In this document: piece by piece, positions 47,755 to 56,023 of the stretch
Numbering within the stretch: position 1 is the first letter of the stretch
Layout of the letters: the number at the start of each line of letters is the position of its first letter
DNA from: an uncultured Spirochaetales bacterium
GTDB lineage: Bacteria; Myxococcota_A; UBA9160; SMWR01
Direction of reading: 5' to 3'
Length of the DNA: 64,000 nucleotides
NCBI GenBank assembly: GCA_964494795.1
Contig: CAZBSV010000181.1
Span: 4,591-68,590, forward strand
Made by a program: the position numbers and the translations under genes
The notes under the pieces: generated by a model
What the model was told of the DNA's origin: nothing
The model's input: the letters and a program-made list of their open reading frames with translations, nothing else
Databases searched by the model: none

Positions 47755-48906
47755 ATGAAGCCCAAGCAACGCCCGGCTTGCCCGAACTTCTCTTCGGGCC
47801 CGTGCGCGAAACGCCCGGGTTGGACGCCCGACGTTCTGGCCGACGCCAAATTGGGTCGGTCGCACCGCTCCAAGCCGGGTCGGGCGAAACTTCTCGAGGT
47901 CATCGAACGTTCGCGTCGCGCGCTCGGCATCCCCGACGACCACCGCGTCGGGATCGTGCCCGCTTCCGACACGGGCGCCGTGGAAATGGCGCTTTGGTCG
48001 CTGCTCGGCGCCCGGGGCGTGGAGATCCTGGCCTGGGAAAGTTTCGGATCCGAGTGGGTCGACGACGTGATCGCTCAACTCGGGCTCCAGCGCGCGCGCG
48101 CGTGGGTTGCTGATTACGGCGAGCTCCCGGATCTGGATCAGGTGGACTTCGCCAACGACGTCGTCTTCACCTGGAACGGAACGACTTCGGGCGTCTGCGT
48201 TCCCGATGGCGACTGGATCCCCGCAAACCGGTCAGGTTTGACGATCTGCGACGCAACATCGGCGGTGTTCGCAATGGACCTCCCGTGGCAGAAACTCGAC
48301 GTCGTGACCTGGTCGTGGCAGAAGGTGCTCGGGGGCGAGGCCGGACACGGAATGCTGTCGCTTTCGCCGCGAGCCGTCGCGCGACTCGAGAGCTTCGAGC
48401 CGCCGCGACCGCTGCCCAAGATTTTCCGATTGACCAAGCGCGGCAAGTTGATCGAGGGAATCTTTCGCGGTGACACGATCAACACGCCCTCGATGCTTTG
48501 CGTCGAGGACGCGATCGACGCGCTGCGCTGGGTGGAATCGATCGGCGGGCGCCGCGAAGTCCGCAGGCGCTCGGAAGCCAATCTCGAGCGGATCGCCGAG
48601 TGGGTCGAGCGCAGCTCGTGGGCGGCGTTTCTCGCGAGTCGAGCGGAAATCCGCTCGTGCACATCCGTTTGCCTGCAGATCGCCGATCCCTGGTTTCAGG
48701 CGCTCGAACCGGACGAGCAGGCAGCGACCGCCAAGAGTGTCGCCCAGCGCCTGGAGGAAGAGGGCATCGCGTACGACATAGCCTCGTATCGGGATGCGCC
48801 TCCCGGACTGCGGATCTGGGCCGGAGCCACCGTCGAGAACAGCGACCTCGAGGCCTTGCTGCCTTGGCTCGATTGGGCATACGCCGAAATCAAGGGCAGC
48901 GCTTGA
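47755..48906 (+). CDS. serC: phosphoserine aminotransferase (class V aminotransferase)
   Basis: 383 aa: [55 protein letters not shown] (PLP Lys context), INTPSM. Confidence 0.85.
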   Translation: MKPKQRPACPNFSSGPCAKRPGWTPDVLADAKLGRSHRSKPGRAKLLEVIERSRRALGIPDDHRVGIVPASDTGAVEMALWSLLGARGVEILAWESFGSEWVDDVIAQLGLQRARAWVADYGELPDLDQVDFANDVVFTWNGTTSGVCVPDGDWIPANRSGLTICDATSAVFAMDLPWQKLDVVTWSWQKVLGGEAGHGMLSLSPRAVARLESFEPPRPLPKIFRLTKRGKLIEGIFRGDTINTPSMLCVEDAIDALRWVESIGGRREVRRRSEANLERIAEWVERSSWAAFLASRAEIRSCTSVCLQIADPWFQALEPDEQAATAKSVAQRLEEEGIAYDIASYRDAPPGLRIWAGATVENSDLEALLPWLDWAYAEIKGSA

Positions 48907-49015
48907 TCGGAGACTGGGCGTACGCCGAAGTCAAGGGCAGCGCTTGATCGGAGATTGCGCGTCGATCAGAAGTCGAGCGCGGCGCTTGATCGGGAGATTG
49001 CGCGTCAATCAAAAA
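48874..49015. repeat. tandem repeat of about 41 bp, about 3.3 copies, beginning inside the last 10 codons of serC
   Basis: Copy 1 is TGGGCATACGCCGAAATCAAGGGCAGCGCTTGATCGGAGAC (48874-48914, containing the serC stop at 48904-48906). Copy 2 is nearly identical (48915-48955). Copies 3 and 4 are degenerate. Each carries the small hairpin ATCAAG-n7-CTTGAT. Confidence 0.85.
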
Positions 49016-50502
49016 TCAACCTGGAAGCGCATCTCCGCGATATCCGAATCACCGTCGACGTCGAGTACGATCGGCGGGCCGAGCAGCGTTCGATCCCGCA
49101 AGCTCGAGTGCACGTAGTTCAACAGCACCCGCGCGTTCGGGTAGAGATACCAGTTGAGGCCCGCGGTCATCGACCAGAGCGTGCCGCCTTGGATCATCTG
49201 GTCGTTGAGGTCGACGTAGCCAAAGCGCGCGGCGATCTCCCACGCCCCCCAGTCCCCGGTCGTGGGATTGAAGTTGGCGCGCGGGCTCACGCGTCCGAAT
49301 TTGCCCTGACCGAGAAGGTAGTTCTGGTGCTCTCCGGTGAGGAAGAGGCCGGCTTGTGCGTATGCGCCCCAGAAATCCTCGTTCTTGCCCGTGTAGGCGT
49401 CCACGAACGCATGGCTATAGGATCCCTGGAACGAAGCCGGCCCCCACACCATCGCCAGTTCCGATAACACGATATCCGTATCATCGGCAGGAATGCTGGT
49501 TCCGGTATCCGCAAAATTCGGGGCGAGATGCGCGTCCGGGCGCCGAGAAAATTGCTGCATCGCATCGTGGTCCTGGAATCGATGCGAGTAGGTAAGACCC
49601 AGGTGAACGACGCGCTCGCCTTTTCCTTCGTAGAGCGGGACCGCCGCCAAGCGGCCCGTCACGCGCCAATCGTCGTCATCGTCGAACGAAAAGCCCGAGG
49701 AATTGGTGCGCTCGAAGACTCCGAGCTGCCACAACAGGCGCTGATCGAGAACCGCATTGGCGGCCAGGGCGCCGACGCTGCGCGCGGGCGCGGAATACTC
49801 GGCCAGTGAGTCTTCCAGGAAGATGTCGTCGTTACTGTTGGTCTGCTGTTCGAGCGAGTACGGCTCCTTCATCTGACCGACCGTCACAGTGCCAATCGGG
49901 CCGAGGTTCTGCAGTCCGACGTACATATCGGCCAGGCTGACGTCTCCACTCCCCGTGTTGGCAAACTCGAGCTGGGATTTGAAGAACAGATTTTCCCAGA
50001 GCGTACCCGAGAAGAAGATCCGCGCGCGTCGAAATTCGGTTCCAGATCCGTTGGAGCCGAGCGCGTTGTCGATTTCGTCAGCGGCGTGGATGTACGCCCA
50101 GTCGTTCTGGATTCGACCGCCGAATTTGAGCCGCAGCGCGCCGTCCTCGCGATCGAGCTGGAATCCGTTGTTCCAGTTGAAGTTCCAGTCGCCCGCTGCG
50201 GGCTGTTCGACGGCCGCTTCCTGTGTAGCGGGCGCGGCGTTTTCGACGACCACCGCCGTGGCCGCGGCCGCGCGCTCGACGGCAGCGTCCACGCGTTCGC
50301 GCTCTTCCGCGCGCGCTCGCTCCTTCAGGGAGCGGTATTTTTCCGCGTCGATCATTCCGGCCTGGAGCAGGATGTCGAGCAGCTCTTCGGTCACGCTGCC
50401 TTCCAGCGCAACATCGTCCGCCATGGCCAGCCGCGGCGCGACAGCGATTGCGAGCGTGGCGATAAAGCTCGCCAGCAGGGTCGATCTGAAAAACCAACGC
50501 AT
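49009..50502 (-). CDS. phosphate-selective porin O/P family outer-membrane protein
   Basis: ATG 50502 follows GGAGGAG. Signal peptide MRWFFRSTLLASFIATLAIAVAPRLAMA, a coiled segment, then FGGRIQNDWAY, FRRARIFFSGTL...FKSQLEF, LADMYVGL, GQMKEPYSLE, GLNWYLYPNARVLLNYV, and the terminus MRFQVDF. Confidence 0.82.
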   Translation of the reverse strand: MRWFFRSTLLASFIATLAIAVAPRLAMADDVALEGSVTEELLDILLQAGMIDAEKYRSLKERARAEERERVDAAVERAAAATAVVVENAAPATQEAAVEQPAAGDWNFNWNNGFQLDREDGALRLKFGGRIQNDWAYIHAADEIDNALGSNGSGTEFRRARIFFSGTLWENLFFKSQLEFANTGSGDVSLADMYVGLQNLGPIGTVTVGQMKEPYSLEQQTNSNDDIFLEDSLAEYSAPARSVGALAANAVLDQRLLWQLGVFERTNSSGFSFDDDDDWRVTGRLAAVPLYEGKGERVVHLGLTYSHRFQDHDAMQQFSRRPDAHLAPNFADTGTSIPADDTDIVLSELAMVWGPASFQGSYSHAFVDAYTGKNEDFWGAYAQAGLFLTGEHQNYLLGQGKFGRVSPRANFNPTTGDWGAWEIAARFGYVDLNDQMIQGGTLWSMTAGLNWYLYPNARVLLNYVHSSLRDRTLLGPPIVLDVDGDSDIAEMRFQVDF

Positions 50503-50681
50503 CGCCGTTTCTCCTCCACCTCCTCCAGGCAGCTGCGGAACATCGATTCGGCGGCGCAATACCAATGCAAAGCGCGTCCGCGCCAATGAATCCGACAACC
50601 CCCGCACGCTTCGATCCGAAATCAGCTGGCCGCAATCCTAACGCGCAACCGTTACTCTTTCACGACGATCTGGACGGAAAA

Positions 50682-52277
50682 ATGCAGCAACAAGAATCCG
50701 CACCGATAGCCTGCCGGGGAAACGCTTTGACCCAATGGATGCAACGGCTGCGCGCGAAAATTCCCGCGGCGCCGGCGTACTGGTTGACGCGCTTCGCGCT
50801 GCTGCGCGCGCTCGGCTTCGTCTACCTGATCGCATTTGCTTCACTCGCCGGCCAGTTGCTGCCGCTGATCGGTTCGCAGGGTCTGTTGCCCGCCGCAAAG
50901 CTGCTGGAACTCGGCCCCGAACACACGACCCGACTCGCGGCGTTTCTCGAGTATCCCACGCTGTTCTGGTTTGGCAGCTCGGACGCGTTTCTGGTCGCCA
51001 GCTGCTGGATCGGGATCGCGCTCTCGACGCTCGTGTTACTCGGCTACGCGAACGCGATCGCAATGGCCCTCTTGTGGTGGCTCTATCTCTCCTTCGTTCA
51101 GATCGGACAGACCTGGTACGCGTTTGGCTGGGAGATCCAACTGCTCGAAACGGGTTTCCTCGCGATCTTTCTCTGCCCGCTCGTGGATGGACGGCCCTTC
51201 CCGCGCCTGGCACCGCGGGCCGTCGTGATCTGGCTGTTTCGCTGGCTGCTCTTCCGCGTGATGCTCGGTGCGGGCCTGATCAAACTCCGCGGCGACCCCT
51301 GCTGGATCGAATTCAGCTGCCTCGATTTTCATTTCGAGACCCAGCCCATTCCGCATCCCGTCAGCTGGCTCTACCACAACCTGCCGACCTGGGTTCATCG
51401 CAGCGGTGTGGCGTTCAATCACCTGGTGGAAGTCATCGCGCCGTTCTTCGTGTTCGGCCCGCGGATCGCGCGCCACAGCGCGGGCGTTCTGATAGTCGCA
51501 TTCCAGCTCGTGTTGATCTCGAGCGGAAACCTCGCGTTTCTCAATTGGATCACGCTGGTCGCCGCGCTCGCGTGCTTCGACGACAGCATCTGGAGGCGAA
51601 TGCTGCCGGCGCGCCTGGTCGGCCTTGCCGAGCGCGCCGCGGGCTCGGCGCGCGGATCTCGAGCGGGATCGGTCGCGGTCGCCGCGCTGCTCGCGGGGGT
51701 CGTCGCGCTCAGCGCGAACCCGGTCGCAAATCTGCTCTCGGATCGCCAGATCATGAACACGTCGTTCGACCGCCTCCACCTCGTCAACACCTACGGTGCG
51801 TTCGGAAGCATCGGGCGACAGCGCGACGAGTTGATCTTCGAGGGGACCCTGGATTCGGCCATTAGCGAAGACACGCTCTGGCGCGAATACGACTGGAAGT
51901 GCAAGCCGGGAGATCCGCAGAGAAGGCCGTGCCTCGTAACCCCCTACCACTATCGACTCGACTGGCTGATCTGGTTCGCCGCGATGTCGAACTACGAGCG
52001 CCACCCCTGGCTGGTTCACCTGGTCTGGAAACTGCTCCACGGCGACCCGGGCGCGCTCAGTCTGCTGGCCGGCAATCCATTCCCGGAACATCCGCCGAAA
52101 TTCGTGCGCGTCGAACTCTACCGCTACGAGTTCACCGATTGGGGAGACGCAGGCGGGGCGTGGTGGAAGCGAAGAAGGCTGCGCGAATACCTCGCGCCGC
52201 TAGCGGTCGACAACGAACGCTTCCGCGCGTACCTCGAGGCCCACGGCTGGATCGAGCGAGCGGACGGCGCGCGCTGA
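50682..52277 (+). CDS. lipase maturation factor (LMF1/DUF1222) family polytopic membrane protein
   Basis: Read in the frame of track ORF 50565..52277, with ATG 50682 preferred. LLRALGFVYLIAFASL..QLLPLIGSQGLLP, WYAFGWEIQLLETGFLAIFLCP, WLLFRVMLGAGLIKLRGDPCW, FHFETQPIP, LVNTYGAFGSI, PYHYRLDWLIWFAAM, LYRYEF. Confidence 0.75.
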   Translation: MQQQESAPIACRGNALTQWMQRLRAKIPAAPAYWLTRFALLRALGFVYLIAFASLAGQLLPLIGSQGLLPAAKLLELGPEHTTRLAAFLEYPTLFWFGSSDAFLVASCWIGIALSTLVLLGYANAIAMALLWWLYLSFVQIGQTWYAFGWEIQLLETGFLAIFLCPLVDGRPFPRLAPRAVVIWLFRWLLFRVMLGAGLIKLRGDPCWIEFSCLDFHFETQPIPHPVSWLYHNLPTWVHRSGVAFNHLVEVIAPFFVFGPRIARHSAGVLIVAFQLVLISSGNLAFLNWITLVAALACFDDSIWRRMLPARLVGLAERAAGSARGSRAGSVAVAALLAGVVALSANPVANLLSDRQIMNTSFDRLHLVNTYGAFGSIGRQRDELIFEGTLDSAISEDTLWREYDWKCKPGDPQRRPCLVTPYHYRLDWLIWFAAMSNYERHPWLVHLVWKLLHGDPGALSLLAGNPFPEHPPKFVRVELYRYEFTDWGDAGGAWWKRRRLREYLAPLAVDNERFRAYLEAHGWIERADGAR

Positions 52278-52278
52278 A

Positions 52279-53265
52279 TCAGCGGCGCGCGGAAGCCGGA
52301 GGCGCCGTGGCGTCCCCGCCCTCGGTTTTCACCGTGATCTCGAAGATCTGGACCGAGGTCGCGCCCAGCGCGTCCGAGACCGCGATTTCGATCGGATGCA
52401 CGCCGGTTTGATCGGATGTCGGCTGCCAGAAGACCCTGCCGAGCACGGAATCGACGCGCATCCCCGTCGGGCCCGTCTTGAGCGCGTAACGCAGCGGCAC
52501 GTCATTGTCGGGATCGCGCGCCTCGACCGCGTAGCTGAACCCGTCGTTGGTCCAGACGCCCTCGGGAACGGAAACGATCTCCGGATGTGCATTGGCGACG
52601 CGCACCACGACACTCGCGAGTTCGTCGCTGTTGATGGCGCCATCGCTCGCAACGGCGATCGCCTGGATTTCGTCTCCCTTGACCAGCCCGTCGGTCTCGA
52701 AGCTGTCCCCCGTGTGCGTCTGGAGCTCAGCGTTCACCCGCCAGCGGTAGGAGTACTCGACCGGATCTCCGTCGGGATCTTGGGCCTGGGCGGTCGCGAC
52801 CAGCGTTTCACCCGGCAGAACCTCGGGTTGGGGGCTGACTGCGATTCCCACCACGACCGGCCGCCGGTTCTGGATCTGCGCTCCGGCCTTTACCGCCTCG
52901 CTGGAAAGCTTGCCATCGCTGGCCTTGACTTCGACTTCGATCTGGTCGTGCTTCGTGACACTCTTCAGATCGAGGTAGGCCTCTCCGTTCGGCACGACGC
53001 GGCCCGAAATTCGCCAGGTAAAGACGAGCTCGATCGGATCGCCGTCCTTGTCCTCGACGGCCACCAGCGCGTTCACGCGATCGCCAGCGCTGGGTGTCGC
53101 CGGATCCAGGCGCACGCTCCGGATCACTGGCGCGCGGTTGGCTGCGGAAGTGGTCGGTCGGTCGACCTGGGCCGGCGCCGCGCGCACGGCCGTCTCGTCG
53201 CTTCCACCGCAGGCGAGCCCGCCCGCGACGAGCAGCGCCGTCGCAATCCATCCGATGATCCGCAT
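52279..53265 (-). CDS. lipoprotein with tandem Ig/cadherin-like repeat domains
   Basis: ATG 53265 follows GGGGAGGGG. MRIIGWIATALLVAGGLACGG (lipobox). Three or four modules of about 85 aa with D.DGDP signatures (VEDKDGDPIELVFTWRI, AQDPDGDPVEYSYRWRV, ARDPDNDVPLRYAL). Confidence 0.7.
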   Translation of the reverse strand: MRIIGWIATALLVAGGLACGGSDETAVRAAPAQVDRPTTSAANRAPVIRSVRLDPATPSAGDRVNALVAVEDKDGDPIELVFTWRISGRVVPNGEAYLDLKSVTKHDQIEVEVKASDGKLSSEAVKAGAQIQNRRPVVVGIAVSPQPEVLPGETLVATAQAQDPDGDPVEYSYRWRVNAELQTHTGDSFETDGLVKGDEIQAIAVASDGAINSDELASVVVRVANAHPEIVSVPEGVWTNDGFSYAVEARDPDNDVPLRYALKTGPTGMRVDSVLGRVFWQPTSDQTGVHPIEIAVSDALGATSVQIFEITVKTEGGDATAPPASARR

Positions 53266-53392
53266 CGCCCCTCCCCACTTCATTGCCTTCAATGCCTTCG
53301 ATGCCTTCGATGCCTGTCTCGATCTCAGCTCAACCTCGATCTCGGCTCAACCGTCGGGCGGTTCGGGGGCGATGGTTGAAGCGCGCGCTGCT

Positions 53393-53863
53393 CTAGTTGG
53401 CTTCGAGCGCGCCGCTCGCGAACTCGATCCGCGAGACGGTCCCTCCGAACGCCTCTCCCTTCACCTTCACATCCCAGTAGCGAATGGTGAACTTCGGAGA
53501 ATTGTTCTGGCCGATCTGCATGTTCATGCCCGGGAGCGCGCCGACCCCCATATTGGTCGACGCGGGCCCGCTGCTCGTATCCATCGAGTAGGTGGGAAGC
53601 CCCTGCGGGAACCACGACGCATCGCCCACCGTGGCCGGGGCGAAGGTCGGATCCGCATTCACCCGCAGCGCGTGCAGCGCAGCGGAAACTCCGGCTTCCG
53701 CGGCAAAGAACGCGGTCTTCTTGCGCTTCATGAAGCCTGCGACGCGCTGGTCCCGCGTGACGGCTTCGAGAGCCGCAAAGCCGATGATTCCCATCATCAC
53801 CATCACGAGCATCACGATCAGAAGCGCAGATCCCTGCTGGCGCTTGCGCGAATGCCTCATCAT
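53393..53863 (-). CDS. pilX: type IV pilus minor pilin, PilX-like
   Basis: 156 aa: MMRHSRKRQQGSALLIVMLVMVMMGIIGFAAL (PilX N-terminal pattern). 4-nt overlap with the upstream pilW-like gene. Confidence 0.65.
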   Translation of the reverse strand: MMRHSRKRQQGSALLIVMLVMVMMGIIGFAALEAVTRDQRVAGFMKRKKTAFFAAEAGVSAALHALRVNADPTFAPATVGDASWFPQGLPTYSMDTSSGPASTNMGVGALPGMNMQIGQNNSPKFTIRYWDVKVKGEAFGGTVSRIEFASGALEAN

Positions 53864-54834
53864 GTGCCCTCCACGCGATCGCCGACGTTTCTCATCCGAA
53901 CGACGGCGGTGTGGACCCGGCGCCGGAAACCATCTGCGACTGCGAGGCCCGCGTCCCGATTCTCCGTCGACTGGACGAAACCCTGGGTGAATCGCTCGTC
54001 TTCGGAGCGGGTGCGAACGACGACGTTGAAGCGGATCGCGCGCAGCTCGCTCGCGTTGCTCGCCGCGGCCGTGTAGTTCGTGCTAGCCCCGAAATCTTCG
54101 CCCGCTTCGAGATCGTTGTTGCCGTTCTCGTCGAGGAAGTACACCACCTGTAGATCCTCGACGCCGTCCGCCAAGCGCAGGTCGTTGCGGAAGAGCGTGC
54201 CGGAATCGATCCGGTATTCGATGGCTGGGATCGCGGTCAGCGCAGAGGCGCCGCCGAGAGCGCCGAGCCCGGCGGTCGCGGGCTGGACTTTGATCGAAGT
54301 CGCGCCCAGGTCGACCACCTCGACAACCCCGCAGACCGATCCGCGATCGAGATCCATCAGATCGACGATGATCACGCCGCCACCTACGCGGAAATCGCTG
54401 TCGTTGACTCCGTTGCCATCCGTGTCGTAGGAGGGATCCGGTGTACCCGGCTCCATCACGAGGGTGTCGAGCATCAGAGTCGGGTTGCCTGTTACGTCAG
54501 TCACGCCGCCCTGGATCCGGGCGCCATCGAAGACCCCGATCACGCCTGCGGGGTTCACCGCCGTGTGGTCGCTGACGTAGAGCAGATCGGGAGCATCGTC
54601 GTCGTCGACCCCGCAGGCTGCGGCGCCTTCCGGAATCATCATTCCCGCGTGCCTCAGGTCGCGCTCGAGCAGGCTCGCGATCGCGCGCGCGCTCTGCTGC
54701 GTGTCGACCACGGAGTCGATCTTGACGTAGGTCCGGTTGTTGACCGTGAAGATCTGCATCGTGAACATCATCACGATCGCGATGAGTGCACTCGCGACCA
54801 GCAACTCGATCAGTGTAAATCCCGAGTCGCGCAT
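53860..54834 (-). CDS. pilW: type IV pilus minor pilin, PilW-like
   Basis: 324 aa. Prepilin signal MRDSG/FTLIELLVASALIAIVM with Glu at +5. Size and operon position fit PilW. Confidence 0.7.
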   Translation of the reverse strand: MRDSGFTLIELLVASALIAIVMMFTMQIFTVNNRTYVKIDSVVDTQQSARAIASLLERDLRHAGMMIPEGAAACGVDDDDAPDLLYVSDHTAVNPAGVIGVFDGARIQGGVTDVTGNPTLMLDTLVMEPGTPDPSYDTDGNGVNDSDFRVGGGVIIVDLMDLDRGSVCGVVEVVDLGATSIKVQPATAGLGALGGASALTAIPAIEYRIDSGTLFRNDLRLADGVEDLQVVYFLDENGNNDLEAGEDFGASTNYTAAASNASELRAIRFNVVVRTRSEDERFTQGFVQSTENRDAGLAVADGFRRRVHTAVVRMRNVGDRVEGT

Positions 54835-54840
54835 CCTCGA

Positions 54841-55335
54841 CTATGCCCCTTCGCGGTTGTAGCGCACGCTCGAGAGCGTGATCGATCGGGTATCGCCGTT
54901 CTTTTCGGTCCACGTCACCGATACATCGATCGCGCGGGTAAAGCTCGGCTGCAGATCCGTGATCTGATGCGAGACATCGTAGGCTCGCTCGCCGAGCCCG
55001 GACCCACCGTACAACTGGACACCGTTCGCCACGGCGGTATCGGCGACGAATCCGCCCGTGTCCGGGATCGACGCCCAGGAGTTTTGCTGGAGCTGCTCCA
55101 TCGTGGTTTCGGCGATCGCGGCAGCGTTCGTCGCATGCCGACCGCGATCGCTTCCCTGCATGGCTTGGATCTGCATCGCCGACAGCGCCAAGAGCCCGAA
55201 GGCGAGAAGACTGACCACGATCATGACTTCGATCAGCGTGAACCCGCGCGCATCCCGACGCAGCCGCGCAGCCAGCCCGCCCATCGATCCGCCTGACTGA
55301 TCCATCATTGCGTCCAAATCCATCATTGCGTCCAA
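54841..55335 (-). CDS. pilV: type IV pilus minor pilin, PilV-like
   Basis: Prepilin motif ...RRDARG/FTLIEVMIVVSLLAFGLLAL. The start is ambiguous (TTG 55335; ATGs at 55326, 55323, 55308, 55305) because an 18-bp duplication covers the start region. Confidence 0.7.
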   Translation of the reverse strand: MDAMMDLDAMMDQSGGSMGGLAARLRRDARGFTLIEVMIVVSLLAFGLLALSAMQIQAMQGSDRGRHATNAAAIAETTMEQLQQNSWASIPDTGGFVADTAVANGVQLYGGSGLGERAYDVSHQITDLQPSFTRAIDVSVTWTEKNGDTRSITLSSVRYNREGA

Positions 55336-56021
55336 CCCGCTCCATTCCAGGCGTGCACGCGCACGCTGCCGAGAGGTGCGAGCGTCACCGCGTAGTCGCG
55401 GCCGCCGCTCGTGATGTAGAGGCCTGCACCACCGGTTCCGGTGTCGCCGATCGTGCCACAGGTCGTCGCGGTCGGTTCGAAGCCCACCGGAATACCATCG
55501 GGCCGGAACAGCACCCAGTTCGTCGCATTGTTGCTCGGATCCGCAGCGGTGGTTCCACCGGCCTGGGGCGGGCTGAAGGCCCCGGCGCCCGTGTCCGTCG
55601 GCACCTTGACGCTCGCTTGCGAAACCCCGAATTCGATCCGATTCGGCAGAGCGATCGTCTCTTGCGCCTCACCTGCATCGATGTGGCAGTTTGCGGTGGC
55701 GGGTGCGCCGTCGTCGAGGATCAGCATCGGCACCGTGGCTGCGTTCGAGTTGACGAGCACGCTGCCAGCTGGATCCGCGGTACCCAGCGGACCGAAGAAG
55801 GCGATCTGATGGTTGCCGGTTCGAATCGCCTGGCCGCGCGCAATCTGGAGCGTGTTGGCGAGGTCGCGCGCAAAGCCCTGGAGACGCCGGCGTTCGAGCA
55901 TCTGCTGAATCGAGGGGATCGCGAGAGCCGCGAGCACCCCAATGATGCCCAGCACGACGACCACCTCGATCAGGCCCACGCCGGCTCGACGCTGGATCCG
56001 CGTCCGCTGCGAAACCGACAT
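55323..56021 (-). CDS. fimT: type IV pilus minor pilin, FimT/FimU (GspH-like)
   Basis: 232 aa: MSVSQRTRIQRRAGVGLIEVVVVLGIIGVLAALAIPS, then the GspH-like region RRLQGFARDLANTLQIARGQAIRTG. Its stop overlaps the pilV start codons. Confidence 0.65.
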   Translation of the reverse strand: MSVSQRTRIQRRAGVGLIEVVVVLGIIGVLAALAIPSIQQMLERRRLQGFARDLANTLQIARGQAIRTGNHQIAFFGPLGTADPAGSVLVNSNAATVPMLILDDGAPATANCHIDAGEAQETIALPNRIEFGVSQASVKVPTDTGAGAFSPPQAGGTTAADPSNNATNWVLFRPDGIPVGFEPTATTCGTIGDTGTGGAGLYITSGGRDYAVTLAPLGSVRVHAWNGAGWTQ

Positions 56022-56023
56022 CG

